64,000 bases of DNA from Candidatus Eiseniibacteriota bacterium (GTDB lineage Bacteria > Eisenbacteria > RBG-16-71-46 > CAVPCR01). The stretch's first letter is position 1, and each line of letters begins with the position of its first letter. The notes beneath the pieces were generated by a model that saw nothing but the letters and a program-made list of their open reading frames with translations, was not told where the DNA came from and did no database searches. Shown here one piece after another: positions 51,059 through 61,078 of this stretch. Location of the stretch: positions 480,001-544,000 of the forward strand of contig CAWGMA010000004.1 in the NCBI GenBank assembly GCA_963823555.1, written 5' to 3'. Made by a program: the position numbers and the translations under genes.

Positions 51059-53667
51059 GGCGAAACGCGCGACCAGGGCGGCGGCACGGAACAAGGCGAG
51101 ACGCACCGCCAAGGCGGCGCGCTCGACGGAGACAGGAGCCACGGCCAAGAAGGCGCGCTCGAAGAAGACGGCGAAGAAGGCGGCGACGAAGACGGGAGAG
51201 ACGGCGAGCGAGGGAGACGGCGAAGAGGACGGCCGCCGGAGAGAGCTTCTTCGACCGGCTGGTGGTTCTCGACCGTCTCGTCGTCACCCGCCCTCGTGTG
51301 GAGCGGCGGCGTGCCACCGCCCAGCTCATTGCGATCGGGAAGGACGGGCATGATGGCCGCGGCGAGATGGGGTTTGCCTACGAGGAGGACGTGTTCCAGC
51401 CCGGGGACCCGGCTTCGGAGAACCTCGCCGCTCTGGCCTGCGCCCAGGTCGCGCTCAATTACGGGCTCTTCGCCCGCGAGATCGTCTTCGAGGGCCTGCT
51501 CGATGCCACCGACATCGAGTTCCTGACCGCCGCCGCGCGCAACACGGCGGGCGAGATCTACGTGCACAAGATCGCGGCCGAGAATCCCTTTCTCGATCCG
51601 GGTGTCGCGGCAGAGCCCTTCATCCCCCGGCGGGACTACCTCCAGGCGCGGATCGTCGCCGATATGGCGCGTCCGGTGGCGCAGCCCGCTGGAGAGGCGA
51701 GGCGGCATGCCGTGCTCTCCTCGGGAGGCAAGGAGAGCCTTCTCAGCTACGGCCTCCTGCGTGAGCTGGGCGTGGAGGCCCATCCCATCTTCATCAATGA
51801 ATCGGGGCGGCATTGGTTCACGGCGCTCAATGCCTATCGCTGGTTCCAGGCGCGCGTGCCGGAGACGGCGCGAGTCTGGACCAGTGCCGATCGCATGTTC
51901 AACTTCATGCTGCGTCAGCTCCCGTTCGTGCGTCCCGATTTCGCCCGCATTCGCTCCGACCAGTACCCGATCAGGCTGTGGACGGTCGCGGTCTTCGTGT
52001 TCGCCGCGCTCCCGGTGCTCTTGGCCCGGCGCATCGGCCGCCTGATCATCGGTGACGAGTTCGACACGACTCAGTTCTCGCGCCGGCAGGGTGTGCCGCA
52101 CTATCACGGCCTCTTCGATCAGAGCGTCTTCTTCGATCAGATGCTCAGCCGTTTCTACCGCGACAAGGGACTGGCCATCGAGCAGACCTCGGTGCTTCGC
52201 AACTGCTCCGAGCTGCTCGTCGAGAAGGTGCTTGCCGAACGCTACCCCGAGCTCCTGGCGCTCCAGGTCTCCTGTCATGCCACGCATGTCGAGGGGGATC
52301 GCGTGCTGCCCTGCGGGATCTGCGAGAAGTGCCGGCGCATCGTTGCCATGACCAGAGCGCTCGGCATCAATCCACGCGTCCTCGGCTATGACGACCAGGC
52401 CGTGGCGCGCATTCTCGAGGTGCTGGGGAGCCGCGGACTGAGCCAGGAGGCGCCGGTCATGGAGCACGTGGCCTGGCTCCTGAAGAAGCGGGGCGATCTC
52501 CCCGGATCGATGATCGGGCGCTCGCGTGCCAGGGCGCACCCCGAGGTGCTCAAGCTGCGCGTCGACTCGACGCGCTCGCCGGTCACGGCGATACCCGGGG
52601 ACCTCCGTCACCCCCTGGTGTCGCTCCTGGCTCCGCACGCCGAGGGTGTCGTCCAGCGAGTGGGAAGGAAGTGGCAGGCCGTGTCTCGCGTCGCCGATCT
52701 CGGGCCGGAGGCGAGCGGCGGAGCGCCGGCCCGGCCCGGGACGCGCCAGATCACGCGCGGCAAGTCCCCGGGGGTGCGTGCTCCCGCGCGCCATGCCGGG
52801 CGCGCCGCCCCGGCGGGCAGGATGGCCGCCGCCGGCAAGGTCGTGGGGCGCCAACGCGGTGGGACACCAGAGGTCGATTCCCTGGCCGACATCCTGGTGG
52901 CTCACATGACCTGGGAGGAGGCGCGCGACCGCTTCCGGGCGGCCGAGATCGCTCTCTTGCCCGTCGGATCCACCGAGCAGCACGGGCCCCATCTCAGTCT
53001 GGACATCGACACTTACGACGCCGAGTACCTGTCGATCGCGGCGGCGCGGCGCGTGAGCGCGCCTCGGCCGCTGGTCCTGCCCACGATCGCCTACGGCGTG
53101 GCCTATCACCACATGGATTTCCCGGGCACGCTGGCCATCAGTCCCGATGTCCTGTCCCGGCTCGTGGTCGAGGTCGGAATGTCGGCGGCGCGGCATGGCA
53201 TCTCGAAGCTGGTCATCGTCAATGGTCATGGCGGCAACGTACCGGCCCTGCGCTACGCCGCGCAGATCATCAATCGCGATGCGCGCATCTTCACCTGCGT
53301 CGATTCCGGAGAGACCTCTGATGCCGAAGTCGCCGCACTCATCGAGACGCCGAACGACGTGCACGCCGGGGAGTACGAGACCTCGACCTCGATGGCGACT
53401 CGTCCCCATCTCGTGCGCACCGACCGCATGCGGCGATCGGTGCCCCGCCTCTCGTCCAAGTACCTGGATTTCACCGAGCGCAACTCGGTCGAATGGTACG
53501 CGCGCACGGCGCGCTTCTCGGACTCGGGTGTGCTGGGAGATCCCACCCGGGCCACCCGTGACAAGGGGGAGAAGCTGTGGGCGATCATGATCGATCACCT
53601 GGTGGCGTTCCTCGAGGACCTGAAGGTCCTCCGGCTCGGTGAGCTGAGGAGCCGCCGCAATGAGTGA
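51051..53667 (+). CDS. Fusion protein: Lys/Ala-rich N-tail, PP-loop (MurL/QueC-like) domain and creatininase-family amidohydrolase; apparent frameshift near 51210
   Basis: LSSGGKESLL, SCH...PCGICEKC, then MTWEE, PVGSTEQHGPHL..D.D, HH..FPGT, NGHGGN, DVHAGEYETS, SGVLGDP; the ATG 51051 frame differs from the main ORF 51262-53667. Confidence 0.82.
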
Positions 53668-53690
53668 ACCCCGGAGCTCGTGAGGAGCCG

Positions 53691-54812
53691 ATGCCGATCC
53701 GTCGCCTCGATGTGGCCCGCCTGCGCATGCCGCTCATCCAGCCGTACACGATCGCCTATGAGACGGTGTTCGCGGCCGAGAACATCCTGGTGCGGCTGCA
53801 AGATGAACGCGGGCGTTCGGGGTGGGGTATCGCGGCCCCCGATGAGGCCGTGACCGGCGAATCCCTCGAGACCGCCGCCGAGGCCATCGAGCGGATCATC
53901 CATCCCCATGTGATCGGGGCCGATCCGACGCGGGTCGCCCGCTCCGCCGTCCGCCTCGAGCGCCTGGCTCCGGCCGCGCCGGGGGCGCGGGCCGCGATCG
54001 AGATGGCGATGTGGGATCTGCTGGGCAAGCGGGCCGGGCTCCCCGTGTATCAGCTCCTGGGCGGTTACCGGAGCAGCATCCTGACCTCGATCACGATCGG
54101 CATCTCGGATCTGAAGGACACCGTGAGCGAGTCGCGCGAGCGCGTGAAACAGGGGTTCCGCGCGCTCAAGATCAAGGGCGGGCGCGATCTCGACGAGGAT
54201 GTGGAGCGTCTCATGCGCACCCGCGAGGCCGTGGGCCCCCGGATCCGCCTCCGCTTCGATGCCAACCAGGCCTATGATGCCGATCAGACCCTCGTTCTCA
54301 TCGAGCACACCAAGGCGGCCAACCTGGAGATGATCGAACAGCCGACGCCGCGCGACGCCTTGCGCGAGCTGCGCCGGGTGCAACGCAAGAGCCCGGTCCC
54401 GGTGATGGCTGATGAGTCGTCCCTCAACCTCTTTGACGCTTTCAAGGTGGCGCGCGGTCGGCTTGCCGACCTCGTCAACGTCAAGCTCATGAAGTGCGGC
54501 GGGATCATGTCGGCGATGCAGGCGATCGCCGTCGGCTTCTCCTCGGGGACCGCGGTGATGGTGGGATGCATGGATGAATCCGAACTGGGTATCGCCGCCG
54601 GCCTCGCCGTCGCCCTGGCCCGTCCCGGCGTGACCGCTGCCGATCTCGACGGGCACATCGATCTCCAGAACGACCCCGCGGCGGGCATCCTCAAGCTGAA
54701 GGCGGGAGTGCTGCATCCCTCGCCGGCGCCGGGTCTCGGCATCACGTCGGCGATCGAGGATCGGCTCGAGGATGCCATGGGCCAGCTCCCGCTCGGACTG
54801 GCCGCCCCGTAG
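53691..54812 (+). CDS. Enolase-superfamily epimerase/racemase (L-Ala-D/L-Glu epimerase, DgcA-like)
   Basis: LKIKGG, RFDANQ, IEQP, MADES, NVKLMKCGG, GCMDES, DLDG. Confidence 0.92.
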   Translation: MPIRRLDVARLRMPLIQPYTIAYETVFAAENILVRLQDERGRSGWGIAAPDEAVTGESLETAAEAIERIIHPHVIGADPTRVARSAVRLERLAPAAPGARAAIEMAMWDLLGKRAGLPVYQLLGGYRSSILTSITIGISDLKDTVSESRERVKQGFRALKIKGGRDLDEDVERLMRTREAVGPRIRLRFDANQAYDADQTLVLIEHTKAANLEMIEQPTPRDALRELRRVQRKSPVPVMADESSLNLFDAFKVARGRLADLVNVKLMKCGGIMSAMQAIAVGFSSGTAVMVGCMDESELGIAAGLAVALARPGVTAADLDGHIDLQNDPAAGILKLKAGVLHPSPAPGLGITSAIEDRLEDAMGQLPLGLAAP

Positions 54813-54851
54813 TCGCCACCGCCCGGATGCGCGGGCGCGCTATCCCGGACC

Positions 54852-56117
54852 TCAGTCCCGGGTCTCGGCGAGGACCTCGTTGTAGACGGCCTCGATGCGT
54901 TCGACCCTGGCATCCCAGCCGAACGCCCGCGCGGCCGCGGCGAGCGCGGCTCGATCCCAGGTGCGCCCCAGCGCGATCCTGAGTCCCTGGGCGAGCTCCG
55001 CGTCCCCCTGGGGCGGGACCAGGATCCCGGTCACTCCATCCACCACGCACTCGGGGACCCCACCCACTCGGCTGGCCACGACGGGTGTGCCGGCTGCCAT
55101 GGCCTCGGGAATCACGAGCGGCAACCCCTCGCTCGAACTCGGCAGAACAAGGAGATCGGCGGCGGCGAGCCAGAGGGGCATCTCAGCATGCGGGCGTTGC
55201 CCGGCGAAGAGGACCCGAGGGATGAGGCCGAGGTCGCGAACCAGCGCGCGGAGCCGCTCCTCTTCCGGACCGGCCCCGGCAAGGACCAGCGTCACGACGG
55301 GCATCGCGGGTTCCGCAGAAAGCTGCGCCAGGGCGCGAATGAGGCGATCGACCTGCTTCACCGGCAGGAAGTCGCCGGCGAACACGACGAGCGGGGTCGG
55401 TTCGGCGACGACCGGCTTCCCGAGGAGGCTCGCGCTCTCGGCTCGGCACGCGGCCCGATCGCGCGGGGTGAAGCGTGCGGTATCGACGCCGTTGGCGATC
55501 ACCTCGAGCCGCTGTGGCGGCGCCCCGGCGGCCATGAGTCGGTCTCGAATGTCACGGCTCACACAGAGCACGCGGGCGGCGGAGCGGACGGCAGCCAGCG
55601 TCTGGGCGCGGTAGCGGATGCCGTCGGGCCGGTCGAGGCGGGCAACGTCGCTGCCGTGGGCGGTGATGATCGCCGGGCGGCGCAGCGCACGCGCCGCCGC
55701 CACCGTTGCCCCGCCGTGCGGGTAGAGCCAATGACCGTGCAGGAGGTCGGGCCGGCCGCTCCGGTGGGCGGTGGCCAGGATGGCTCGTACCATGAGGAGC
55801 GGGTCCAGCAGCGGCCACAGTCCAGGGAGGTGGAGTTGCCGGGGGCGAAAGATGCGGAGTTCGTGCTCGCCGATCCGCTCGTGTTCCTCGGCCGGGGCTC
55901 TGGGCACCTCGGCGCGCTTCTCCGCATAGTGCTGGAGCGGCGGGTACAGACGATAGGGAGCGACCACCGAAACCTGGTGATGTGCGGCCAGGCGCTCGAC
56001 CTGCGCCCGCACCGCCACCTGCATGCCGCCCCGGGTGAGCGCCGGAGCGGAGAACGTGGGCGTGCAGACGAGGAGGCGAAGCGAATCAGGCTGACCGGAA
56101 TCGCGATCTCGGACCAG
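54852..56117 (-). CDS. Glycosyltransferase family 4
   Basis: HGHW, TAHGSD, NGVD, LPSSSEGLPLVIPEAMAAG, VGGVPE; frame stays open upstream of ATG 56024 to CTG 56117. Confidence 0.9.
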   Translation of the reverse strand: MVRDRDSGQPDSLRLLVCTPTFSAPALTRGGMQVAVRAQVERLAAHHQVSVVAPYRLYPPLQHYAEKRAEVPRAPAEEHERIGEHELRIFRPRQLHLPGLWPLLDPLLMVRAILATAHRSGRPDLLHGHWLYPHGGATVAAARALRRPAIITAHGSDVARLDRPDGIRYRAQTLAAVRSAARVLCVSRDIRDRLMAAGAPPQRLEVIANGVDTARFTPRDRAACRAESASLLGKPVVAEPTPLVVFAGDFLPVKQVDRLIRALAQLSAEPAMPVVTLVLAGAGPEEERLRALVRDLGLIPRVLFAGQRPHAEMPLWLAAADLLVLPSSSEGLPLVIPEAMAAGTPVVASRVGGVPECVVDGVTGILVPPQGDAELAQGLRIALGRTWDRAALAAAARAFGWDARVERIEAVYNEVLAETRD

Positions 56118-56285
56118 GGCTCATCCTCCGGACGATCATCGTCCGCTCACGGATCGGGCCCGCGTGCTGCGGGGCCGCCACAGAAAACACAGCAAGCCGG
56201 GGCATGGTAGCAGAAGCAGAGCGGGCGGCGCGTGATAGGATGGGCGGGCGCCGCCTCGAGGCGCGAGGGACAAGAGAACGGAGCG

Positions 56286-57290
56286 ATGGCAACGATCCTG
56301 ATCACCGGAGCAAGCGGATTCGCCGGCGGACATCTGGCCTCGGCCCTTGCCGCCATGGAGGGCCCGGGGGGGCGTCCGGTGCTCGTCGGCCTGGGCCAGG
56401 GTCCGCTCGATCCGGCGCTCGAACCGCTCTTCGCTGCCTACCACGACGGGGATGTGACCGATTTCGATTTCTTGCGCCGCGTCATCGGCTCGGCGCGCCC
56501 GGACCGCGTCTATCATCTCGCCGCGATCACGTTTGGTCGCCCCGCCGGCCCCACCGACCAGCGCTTTCTCGATGTCAACGTCCAGGGGACCCGTCTTCTC
56601 TTCGAGGCGCTGCTGGCGGCCGAGATCACGCCCCGGGTTCATATCGCTGGTTCGAGCGCGGTGTATGGCGCGGCAGTGGCGGACCCGATCACCGAGGACA
56701 CCCCGCTCAAACCGCAAACGCCCTACGCGGCGAGCAAGGCGGCGCAGGAGATGATCGCGCTGGCCTATGGCAGGGGAGAGGGGTTTCCGGTCATCGTGAC
56801 CCGTGCCTTCAACCACACCGGTCCCGGCGAGCACCCGCACTTCGCCGCTTCCACCTTTGCGCGCCAGATCGCCGCGGCGGAGGCCGGAACCGGGGATCCT
56901 TGCATCCGTGTCGGCAATCTGGCGGCCTATCGCGACTTCACCGACGTTCGCGATATCGTCCGCGGCTATGTCACGGCGCTCGAGCACGGGGCGGCAGGAG
57001 AGTGCTACAACGTCTGCTCCGGAACGGCGACGCGAATCGAGGATGTTCTCGACATGCTGCGCCGCAAGGCTCGCGTCCCGGTCGAGGTGGCTGTCGACCC
57101 GGATCGCCTCGCGCCGGCCGACGTTCCCTTCCAGCGGGGAAGCCACGCGAAGCTCGCCGATGCGACGGGCTGGCGGCCCACAATCCCGCTCGCCACGACA
57201 CTCGCCGATCTCCTAGACTACTGGCGGCGGCGCTCGGTGGCGAGTCGGCCCGGTCCCGCCTCGCCGGTGAGCGACGCACCCAGGGGGTGA
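56286..57290 (+). CDS. GDP-sugar reductase/dehydratase (RMD-like SDR)
   Basis: ITGASGFAG, YHLAA, GSSAVYG, YAASK, RAFNHTGPG, VGNL...RDFTDVRD. Confidence 0.88.
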   Translation: MATILITGASGFAGGHLASALAAMEGPGGRPVLVGLGQGPLDPALEPLFAAYHDGDVTDFDFLRRVIGSARPDRVYHLAAITFGRPAGPTDQRFLDVNVQGTRLLFEALLAAEITPRVHIAGSSAVYGAAVADPITEDTPLKPQTPYAASKAAQEMIALAYGRGEGFPVIVTRAFNHTGPGEHPHFAASTFARQIAAAEAGTGDPCIRVGNLAAYRDFTDVRDIVRGYVTALEHGAAGECYNVCSGTATRIEDVLDMLRRKARVPVEVAVDPDRLAPADVPFQRGSHAKLADATGWRPTIPLATTLADLLDYWRRRSVASRPGPASPVSDAPRG

Positions 57291-57292
57291 GC

Positions 57293-58285
57293 ATGATGGA
57301 ATGGACAGATCGTCCGGTCTTGGTAACCGGCGCCGGTGGTTTCATCGGCAGCCATCTGGTCGAGGAACTGGTCCGCGCCAAGGCGCGGGTTCGTGCCTTC
57401 GTGCGCTACAACTCGCGCGGCTCGCGCGGGTTCCTCGATGATTTCGCGCCCCAGGTGCTGGAGCGGATCGAGGTCGTGTCCGGCGATCTGCGCGATGCCA
57501 ACGCGGTGGCCAACGCCATGCGGGAGGTGAGCACCGTCTTCCACCTCGGTGCCCTGATCGCCATTCCCTACTCGTATCGCAACCCGCGCGAGGTGGTGGA
57601 GACCAACGTCATCGGCACGCTCAATGTGCTGGCCGCCGCCCGTGATCTCGGCACGGAGCGCATCGTTCACACCTCCACCAGCGAGGTCTACGGCACGGCG
57701 CAGTACGTGCCGATCGACGAGAAGCATCCGCTGGTCGGCCAGTCGCCCTATTCCGCGTCCAAGATCGCGGCGGATCAGGTGGCGGAGAGCTTCCATCGCT
57801 CCTATGGTCTGCCGGTCGTGACCGTGCGCCCGTTCAACACCTATGGGCCGCGGCAATCGGCGCGGGCGGTGATCCCCTCGATCATGATCCAGGCCATCAC
57901 GCAGGACCGGATCTTCCTCGGGGCGACCCACCCGACCCGTGATCTGGTCTTCGTCAAGGACACGGTGCGCGGCTTCATGGCGCTGGCGGCATGTGATGCC
58001 GCCATAGGACAGGTGGTGAACCTGGGGAGCGGACGTGAAGTCTCGGTGCGCGAGCTCGCCGAGCGCATCGTGGCGCTCGTCGGCCGTCCGGTCGAACTGG
58101 TCTTCGATGCCACCCGTCTCCGCCCGGAGCGGAGCGAGGTGGACCGGCTCCTCGCCGACAACCGGCGAGCCAAGGAGCTGAGTGGGTGGGAGCCGGTGGT
58201 GAACCTGGAGGATGGGCTCCGCGCCACCATGGACTGGATCGGCGAGCACGCCGCGCTCTATCGCCCGAGCGAGTACGCTGTCTAG
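57293..58285 (+). CDS. NAD-dependent nucleotide-sugar 4,6-dehydratase (LegB-like)
   Basis: VTGAGGFIGSHL, FVRYNS, HLGALIAIPYSY, TSTSEVYG, QSPYSASK, RPFNTYGPRQSARA, RLRPERSEV. Confidence 0.9.
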   Translation: MMEWTDRPVLVTGAGGFIGSHLVEELVRAKARVRAFVRYNSRGSRGFLDDFAPQVLERIEVVSGDLRDANAVANAMREVSTVFHLGALIAIPYSYRNPREVVETNVIGTLNVLAAARDLGTERIVHTSTSEVYGTAQYVPIDEKHPLVGQSPYSASKIAADQVAESFHRSYGLPVVTVRPFNTYGPRQSARAVIPSIMIQAITQDRIFLGATHPTRDLVFVKDTVRGFMALAACDAAIGQVVNLGSGREVSVRELAERIVALVGRPVELVFDATRLRPERSEVDRLLADNRRAKELSGWEPVVNLEDGLRATMDWIGEHAALYRPSEYAV

Positions 58286-58374
58286 CGCGGCGGCGAAGAC
58301 CCGTGGCCGAGGAAGGAACGAAGGCGAGGCTCGCCGAGGGACAGATCGGCGGCCGGCATGCCGATAGGGTGACC

Positions 58375-59073
58375 ATGCACGCGGTGATCATGGCCGGCGG
58401 GCTGGGGACGCGACTCCGCCCGCTGACCTACGCCATCCCCAAGCCCCTGCTCCCGATCGGCGATCGGCCGATTCTCGAGATCCTGCTCACCCAGCTGGCC
58501 CGCGGGGGGTTCCGCCAGGTCTTCATCTCCACGGGATACAAGGGGGATCTCATCAAATCCTACTTCGGGGATGGACATCGCTTCGGTCTGGTCCTGCGCT
58601 ATGTGGAGGAAAAGGAGCCGCTGGGCACCGCCGGAGCGCTTGGCCTCGTCCGTGACGAGCTCACGCAACCGTTCCTCATGGTGAACGGTGACATCCTCAC
58701 GCGGTTCGACTTCGGCGCCTTCATCGCCCGCCATGCTGAGAGCGGTGCCGAGCTCACGGCGGCTGCGGTGCGTCACGAGATCACGATCCCCTATGGAGTG
58801 ATCAGGAGCAACGGCGAGACCATCGCCGAGGTGGTCGAGAAGCCGACCGAGACCCGGCTCGTGCTGGGCGGCATCTACGCCATGTCCCCGCCGGCCCTCC
58901 GCCACCTGCCGCCGGCTGGTGAGAGAGTGGACGTCCCCGAGCTCATCGGGCGCGCCATCCGGGGTGGTGGGAAGGTCCTCTACCAACCGATCGATGCCTT
59001 CTGGATGGATGTCGCCAAGATGGACGACTTCGAGCGGGCGCGGCAGGAGCTGGCCACCTGGGATGACGTGTAG
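58375..59073 (+). CDS. Sugar-phosphate nucleotidyltransferase
   Basis: IMAGGLGTRLRPLT..IPKP, EPLGTAG, NGDIL, IPYGVI, EKP. Confidence 0.92.
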   Translation: MHAVIMAGGLGTRLRPLTYAIPKPLLPIGDRPILEILLTQLARGGFRQVFISTGYKGDLIKSYFGDGHRFGLVLRYVEEKEPLGTAGALGLVRDELTQPFLMVNGDILTRFDFGAFIARHAESGAELTAAAVRHEITIPYGVIRSNGETIAEVVEKPTETRLVLGGIYAMSPPALRHLPPAGERVDVPELIGRAIRGGGKVLYQPIDAFWMDVAKMDDFERARQELATWDDV

Positions 59074-59107
59074 CCGCCGCTAGCTCGGGCGCCGGCCGGG
59101 GAATTCC

Positions 59108-60304
59108 ATGCACGTCCTGTTTCTCGCCGAGGACTACACACCGCTTGCGAGTGCGCAGGGTGGTGTGCGCGTGAGCCTGGCTCAGCAGGCAGAGGGACTC
59201 GCGCGTGAGATCGAGGTGACGGTGCTCTCACCGCGGCGCCTCTTTCCCCCGCTCGGTCGCTACCGCGCCACGGGCGTGCCGCAGAAGCCACCGTCCGGCG
59301 AGGCTGCAGAGGATCTGGCGGCAAGTCGCGTGCGCATCCTGCGCCCCCGCATCCTCCATGTGCCGATCCTGTGGCCGATCACCGAGCCCTTGCAGCTCCT
59401 CGCTGCCGGCGCCCAGGCGCTCCGCGGCCCGGCGCGCGGGGCCCACATCGTGCACGGTCATCGCGCTTTTCCCATGGGTCTCGTCGCCGTTCTCCTCGGA
59501 CGTCTGTTTCAGCGGCCGAGCGTGGTCACGGTCTACGGCACCGAGGTCAACGTCGAGGCGGACTCCTCGCATCGGGTTCTGCGCCGCTTCGTGCGCGCCG
59601 GCCTCAGGGCCGACCGCTTGATCGCCGTGAGCCGATCCCTCGCCGAGCGCGCGCCGGCCATCGGCGTCCCTGGGTCCCGCATCCGTACGGTGCCGAGCGG
59701 AGTCGATCTCGTGCGGTTCGCTCCGGGAGATCGCGCTCGCGCCCGCCGGGAGCTCGGGCTCCCCGCCGATCGCTTCATCTTTCTCTCGATGAACCTGTTC
59801 GATCCCGTGAAGGGGCACGCGATCCTCATCGCGGCCATGAGCGAGCTCGCTCGGCGCCACCCGGGGCGGGCCTTCCTCGCCATGACCGGGGATGGTCCCG
59901 AGCGACCGCGGATTGCGGCCGAGGCGCGCGCGCTCGGGATCGAGAGCGATGTCCGTTTCGCCGGTCTCCGTCCCTATGGCGAGCTTCCGCTCTGGGTGAG
60001 CGCGGCCGATGCGCTCGTCCTCCCCAGCCTCAATGAGGGCATGCCGCTCACCGTGCTCGAGGGCTTTGCCGCCGGGAAGCCGGTCGTCGGCTCGTCGATC
60101 GGTGGCATTCCCGAGGTGGCGCCCGACGAGCGCTACGGGATCCTCGTGCCCCCAGGCGATCCTCGAGCCCTCGCGGCGGCCCTGGGCGCGGCCATCGACC
60201 GGCCCTGGGATTCGGGCGTCATCCGCGCCCGGGCCCAGTCCTTCGCGTGGCCGGCCGTCATCGAGCGGATCCGCGAGGTCTACTCCGAGCTCCTGCCGGG
60301 CTGA
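59108..60304 (+). CDS. Glycosyltransferase family 4
   Basis: HGH, YGTEV, SGVDL, KGH, LPSLNEGMPL..LEGFAAG, IGGIPE. Confidence 0.9.
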   Translation: MHVLFLAEDYTPLASAQGGVRVSLAQQAEGLAREIEVTVLSPRRLFPPLGRYRATGVPQKPPSGEAAEDLAASRVRILRPRILHVPILWPITEPLQLLAAGAQALRGPARGAHIVHGHRAFPMGLVAVLLGRLFQRPSVVTVYGTEVNVEADSSHRVLRRFVRAGLRADRLIAVSRSLAERAPAIGVPGSRIRTVPSGVDLVRFAPGDRARARRELGLPADRFIFLSMNLFDPVKGHAILIAAMSELARRHPGRAFLAMTGDGPERPRIAAEARALGIESDVRFAGLRPYGELPLWVSAADALVLPSLNEGMPLTVLEGFAAGKPVVGSSIGGIPEVAPDERYGILVPPGDPRALAAALGAAIDRPWDSGVIRARAQSFAWPAVIERIREVYSELLPG

Positions 60305-60531
60305 GGCCGGATCCGGCCGAGCTGCCGCCCCTGTCCCGGGGTGAGACATTCGTCCGTTCCTTGCCAACTTCATCCAGCGGCCCTGATCCACCATCCTTCG
60401 GGCCGCGCAACTTCCCGCCTCGTCCTGCCGATTGATTCCCTAGTGCGTTTGTGGGCGGCATGGCCGGCGTCCCAGGCATCGGCCCTGTCCCCGCGGGTTC
60501 ATTCCAGTCCATCGAATGAGGTAGAGAGACC

Positions 60532-61044
60532 ATGCGGAAGTTCGTTCCCGTTCTGCTCGCGCTCGCCGTCATGGCTTGGGCGCCATCCGCCCTGGCCCAG
60601 AGCACCGCGAGCGCCGACATCACGGCGCGGGCCACCGTCCTCGGCCCGATCACCGTCACCAATCAGGCGGACCTCGAATTCGGCAACGTGATTCCCGGCG
60701 TCGCGAAGTCCGTTGCGATCAGCGGCACCACGTCCGGCCGCTGGCTCGTCGCGGGCAACGCCGGCGCCGAGGTGAATCTCGACTTCACGGCGCTGCCGAA
60801 CAACCTGACCGGTCCGGCCACGATGTCGATCACGTACGCCGCCAACGATGCCGGCCACAACGTGACCAACAACGCCGCCGGGGCCGTGCCCTTCGATCCG
60901 GCCGGGACCGCGCTGGCGAACATCGGAAATGCTCCGGCGGAGCTCTACGTCTGGATCGGCGGCACGGTGAACCCGGTCGCGGGACAGGCGGCGGGTCTCT
61001 ACACCGGGACCATCACCCTGCAGGCGGCCTACACCGGCAACTAG
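60532..61044 (+). CDS. DUF4402-like pilin, probable major subunit
   Basis: Signal peptide, ITARATV N-terminal strand, DLEFG, VWIGGTV, GLYTGTITL..Y. Confidence 0.75.
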   Translation: MRKFVPVLLALAVMAWAPSALAQSTASADITARATVLGPITVTNQADLEFGNVIPGVAKSVAISGTTSGRWLVAGNAGAEVNLDFTALPNNLTGPATMSITYAANDAGHNVTNNAAGAVPFDPAGTALANIGNAPAELYVWIGGTVNPVAGQAAGLYTGTITLQAAYTGN

Positions 61045-61078
61045 CTCGACTGCGGACCCCTGTTGCCACGGAGGGACG

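Noticed and set aside
56204..57292. N-terminal extension making a 693-aa dehydratase
   Set aside because: Alternative frame of the RMD-like gene; the true start is near 57293
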